A stretch of DNA of 64,000 bases from an uncultured delta proteobacterium (lineage in GTDB: Bacteria > Desulfobacterota > Binatia > UBA9968). The stretch is from positions 140,303-204,302 of the forward strand of contig CAVTUQ010000012.1 in assembly GCA_963737905.1 (NCBI GenBank), in the 5' to 3' direction. How positions within the stretch are numbered: the first letter of the stretch is position 1; each line of letters begins with the position of its first letter. This document shows positions 60,081-64,000 of this stretch, piece after piece. The position numbers and the translations under genes were made by a program. The notes beneath the pieces are model-generated. The model did not search any database and had not been told where the DNA came from. It saw only the letters and a program-made list of their open reading frames with translations.

Positions 60081-60401
60081 GAGGGAAGTAAGTGCTGCCC
60101 GTCCCGTCCGAGGCAACCAGATTAAAACTCCCGCCCTCAGAGACTGCAAAGTTCACGCCGGCATTGGCACTATTGTTATACAGAGCCGCATTCAAAGAAG
60201 CCGCAGCCCCTAACACCCAAAAGTTGTCAACCGTCGTGTTCCAGATCCCACCGTTGTCACTGGGTCGAAGTTCAAGCTTGGTCTTCCCACTTCCAGGCAA
60301 GATGCTCATTGTAAAGGTAGGAGCTAACGATCCCTCTGGACTAAGCAACTTGTCACTCCGGCCAACCGGGTCCCTCAGCTTGCCATCGAAACTCAACGCG
60401 A
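60075..60401 (-). repeat. Diverged copy of the C-terminal domain of the S8 protease (61141-61476)
   Basis: SFDGKLRDPVGRSD...[19 protein letters not shown]...[13 protein letters not shown] versus [14 protein letters not shown]...[19 protein letters not shown]...[13 protein letters not shown]. Confidence 0.92.
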
Positions 60402-60856
60402 CGTTTATCCGCGCCGTGGATCAGTTGCGGGCACGGAAGATCGGCGCGCGCATCATGGAGTTGCCGACCATGGCGATGATCGAAGGCGTGACCCTGACGA
60501 CAACGACGACCTACGTGCAGAATCACGAAGACGAAACGCGGTCTTTGATCAGGGCGTTGATCGATGCGACCCACTTTTTCAAGACCAAGAAAGCCGACAC
60601 GCTGGCCATCATCAAGAAGCACTGCACGGACCTGCTCAAGATGCAGAATGACGAAGAGTGGGACTGTTTTTACAATACCCAAGCGGCTTCGCTCGAAGCT
60701 AAGCCCAATCCGACGCTGGATGCGATCCAGAATGTTTTCGCCCTGGCGCTCAAGCGAGATCCAGAGATCAAGAACTTCAATCCGCTAGCGCTCTGGGACC
60801 TTCACTACCTGCGGGAGATCGACGACAGCGGTTATATCAAGCGGCTCTACGGGTGA
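60398..60856 (+). pseudogene. Near-identical duplicate of the 3' half of the gene at 56824-57762
   Basis: Matches 57304-57762 with about 11 substitutions counted by eye, mostly near the stop. Confidence 0.95.
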
Positions 60857-61009
60857 ACAACGTTCGAAGGCTTCTTGTTGCGGCTGTCTAGCGGCTTATT
60901 ATACGCAAAGGCTAGATGTGAGCCCCAATTCCTCTTGCGCGAGGAATAACGAATGCGAGTTATTCTTGCCGCAGCAAGAATTTGCGATCCTAGGTGCACA
61001 AGATCGGTT

Positions 61010-63392
61010 TCATCGAATTCTTCTGTTGTCTCTCCTCAGCAGCGCGTTCCCAAAAGCGATCGTAGATTGGCCACCCGCAACCGTCGTGCTGGCGGTAGCG
61101 GTGCTGCCATCAGCAAAAGTCGCTGTCAGATTAAACGTAGAGCCTGGAGGGAAGTAAGTACTGCCCGTGCCGTCCGAGGCAAAGAGACTAAAACTGCTGC
61201 CCTCAGATACCGCAAAGCTCACGCCGGCATTGGCAGTGTTGTTGTACAAAGCCCCATCCAAAAAAGCCGCAGCCCCCAACACCCAAAAGTTGTCTACCGT
61301 CGTGTTCCAGATCCCGCCGTTGTCGCTGCGTCGTAGCTCAAGTTTGGTAACTGTCCGATTGCCACTTCCGGCCAGGAGATTCACCGTAAAGGTCGCATCG
61401 GCTGAGCCATCTGCGCTGAGCAATCTGTCTCCTCTTCCAACTCGATCCCTCAACTTGCCATTGAAGCTCAAGGCGAGATTCGGCGGGATGACACCGGCGC
61501 CGCTAACGGCTAGCGATGCATCTCCACCGCCTGTAAGATTCACATTCCCTAAGAACGTTTGTGCAGACGTGGGGCTAAACCGTATCGTCAGTGTCTGACT
61601 CTGGCCGGCATCAAACTATAAGAACCGCCAGATATGATCGTAAAAGGCATAGTAGTCGTAGCATCTCCAGTGAGCACGCCACCTCCGACATTTTTCACTG
61701 TAAAGCTTCGATCCGTCGTACCTCCGACGTTGATGCCGCCAAAATTGATCGAACTGGGACTAACGCTGATCAGAGGTGCGGCAACATTTACTGTCAACAG
61801 GTCACCGCCGGGAAACGTGAGTGTGTAAACTCCCGTTGCTAGAGGAGTCCATTCACCTGAATAGATTCCGTCCCCTGCGGCTTGATCCGATCCAAGACCA
61901 TCGTCTACAAGCGTAACGATCTCTCCGCCAGGATTGACTGAGACGTCGACATTGCCGTTAGGGTTTGCACAGTTGATATTCAGAACCGAAAGATCGATCG
62001 GCGCACCGACTGAGCCGCTGATAGAGTCGCCTATGGGTCTCAGCCGGGAAACCACGTTAGAATTAGTGCAAGTTAACGCACTGAAAGCATTGAGACGCTT
62101 TTGCGTGATCGTGTTGGTTAATGACGTAACGTGTCCCCGCCTGCGAGAATAAGATTTTTGATGCTTCTCCAGTCCAAGCTCGGATCATGGGCCTGTAACA
62201 GCGCTGCTACGCCAGTGACGTGCGGGGTGGCCATCGAAGTACCACTTAGGGACGCATATGAATTTCCGCGAATTGTACTTAAGATCTCGCTGCCAGGGGC
62301 GCTAACGTGCACGGTTCGCCTTCCGAAGTTGGAAAACGTCGAGCGACGTCGGTCCGTGTTGTAGAGCCGACACAGATAACGTTGGGAAGATAATAATTAC
62401 AAGGATAGAACGGGGTGGTATCGTTGTTTTGGCCAACCCCGAAAATATTGCCGTTTCCCGCTGCCGTAATGAAGAGCATTCCCCGTTGACGGTGGGTTCA
62501 ATGGCCTCCAACAAAGCCTGCGAAAAACCTCCGCCGCCCCAACTGTTGCTGGTGGCAATGATGTTTAGCCCACGGTCTTTCATCGTCTTGACGTAATCAA
62601 GACAGTCGATGGCATCGGCGATGGTTCCAGATCCGCTGGCATTGACAAACTTGCAAGCCATGATTTTGATGTTCCAGTTTATGCCTGCCACACCGGCGCT
62701 GTTGTTTCCCACTGCCCCCAATGATCCGGCAACATGGGTTCCGTGATTGTTATCGTCCAGAGGATCCGAGTCGTTGTTCGCCGTGTCGATGCCGAAACAG
62801 TCATCGACAAAACCGTTGCCATCATCGTCGATTCCATTATTGTTACAGTCAGCCGTGTTACGGAACATGTTGGCAGCCAGGTCTAGGTGATTATAATCAA
62901 TCCCCGAGTCAATCACGGCGACGATAACATCGGAGCTCCCGGTTGTGATATCCAAGCCGCCGATGCATCTATATCAGCCTCGGGAGTACCACCCGACTGG
63001 CCAACGTTTTGTAGCGCCCATTGCTCACTGAAACGAGTATCGTTTGGTGTATTCGTGGTTCTCACGATGTAGTTCGGTTCGGCATAGAGGACGTCGGGAG
63101 AACGCTGATAAAAATCAATCGCCTCTTTGACCGAGAGGCCTCGAGGCAGTTTGACAAGCTCAAGGCCTGCTAATTCCGAAACACCTTGGCTCGCTTGGCT
63201 CCTACCCCGTAATGAGTCATTAACTTCCTATATTCATCGCGTCCACCGCGGAATTTAACGATAAGCTCATCGTTGATATGCGGGCCGGTCTGAGGATCAG
63301 GCGGTTGAGCTGAAAAGTTAAGGGTAATGGGAGTCATTAAAAGGGAGAGTGCAAAATAGGAAAAGCAAGAGAAATACGTGCCGGTTCCTCAT
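61010..63392 (-). CDS. Secreted S8 subtilisin-like protease with prodomain, Ig-like domains and a C-terminal beta domain; multiple frameshifts
   Basis: AGGAGG RBS, ELIVKFR...YAEPNY prodomain, [25 protein letters not shown]; split over ORFs 62302, 62279, 62118, 61588 and 61010. Confidence 0.85.
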
Positions 63393-64000
63393 AGAAACCT
63401 CCTGACATTTCTCGTTCGCTGTCTTTGGAGCAAGATACATTCCACCCGTCTGGCGAAAACATTTCGGCAAAGTGTCATCGAATTGCGCTGCTTGTCACAC
63501 AACCACTGCGTCTCTTTGTTTCTTCACATCCATCTCTTGCTTTTGATCGACACCAGGTGATAACCGTCATCGTCAATTTTGGAGTGACAGTTCGTCATTG
63601 TCGGCGACGAGATAATGTCGAAAAGAGAAATGTCAAACGCAGAAATTTTCCAAGCGAGCAAACTCAATCCGTTTATGCACAAGAAAGGAAAAAACTGGTC
63701 AATCCTACCGAGCACACCAGCTAAGACGGCACGGTGAGTCCCCTGAGAAAGAGCGAGGCGACCAATCGCTATTTTGCGGCTAGCGATTGACAGCCAAACA
63801 GCGCACTTGTAGCAGGAGCCGAAGTAAAAAGATGGAAGGTGAATGGCTTATGACGGTAGCGCAATCATTGAATCATTTCGTCGTTCGCGTCGATGAATTG
63901 GTTGTAGTCAGAAGAATTCTACGTAAGAGTTTCGGCGACCGGATCACGCGCCGTAGCTGTACGGGTAGTTTGGCTACATGCTGATGCGGGAGATGATTTG

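Noticed and set aside
57304-60856. Diversity-generating retroelement TR/VR pair (also considered for the nfo copies)
   Set aside because: No reverse transcriptase in the window; differences are mostly synonymous and not confined to adenines.
60092-60856. 254-aa ORF as a real fusion gene
   Set aside because: Its N-terminal part is the antisense of the protease domain copy, joined in frame by the junction; no convincing RBS.
63640-63800. Riboswitch (c-di-GMP type) upstream of the protease gene
   Set aside because: Only a 9-bp inverted repeat (caatcgcta/tagcgattg) is clear; consensus motifs are not recognisable by eye. An Rfam scan would settle it.

Overview
Bacterial chromosomal window of about 56% GC (estimated by eye). 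The gene content (many orphan ABC/TTT substrate-binding proteins, several stand-alone Rieske oxygenases, amidohydrolases) resembles Binatia/Binatota-type deltaproteobacterial MAGs; this taxonomy is inference. Left part: rnr, DUF4911, AsmA, a paaF/G/H/J-like acyl-CoA cluster with divergent TetR, peroxiredoxin, VIT1, nfo and DUF885. Middle and right: transport and aromatic-catabolism genes, tRNA-Val(CAC) and a frameshifted S8 protease. Many single-base indels suggest long-read errors. The most striking pattern recurs four times with no integrase in the window: an intact gene is followed by cargo bounded by direct-repeat copies of that gene's own 3' end. The hosts are nfo (two extra copies, one sharing a perfect 47-bp core), tRNA-Val (two extra copies sharing a non-tRNA flank) and two substrate-binding-protein genes. 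One nfo cargo is a 943-aa Cas4-like/DEDD-exonuclease/IS66-transposase fusion with no visible IS ends. The ORF track also misses an AhpD/CMD-family selenoprotein (CxxU plus SECIS hairpin), tandem paralogous microproteins, a palindromic element translated inside a protein N-terminus, and many inverted 7-9-nt tandem repeats in intergenic spacers.
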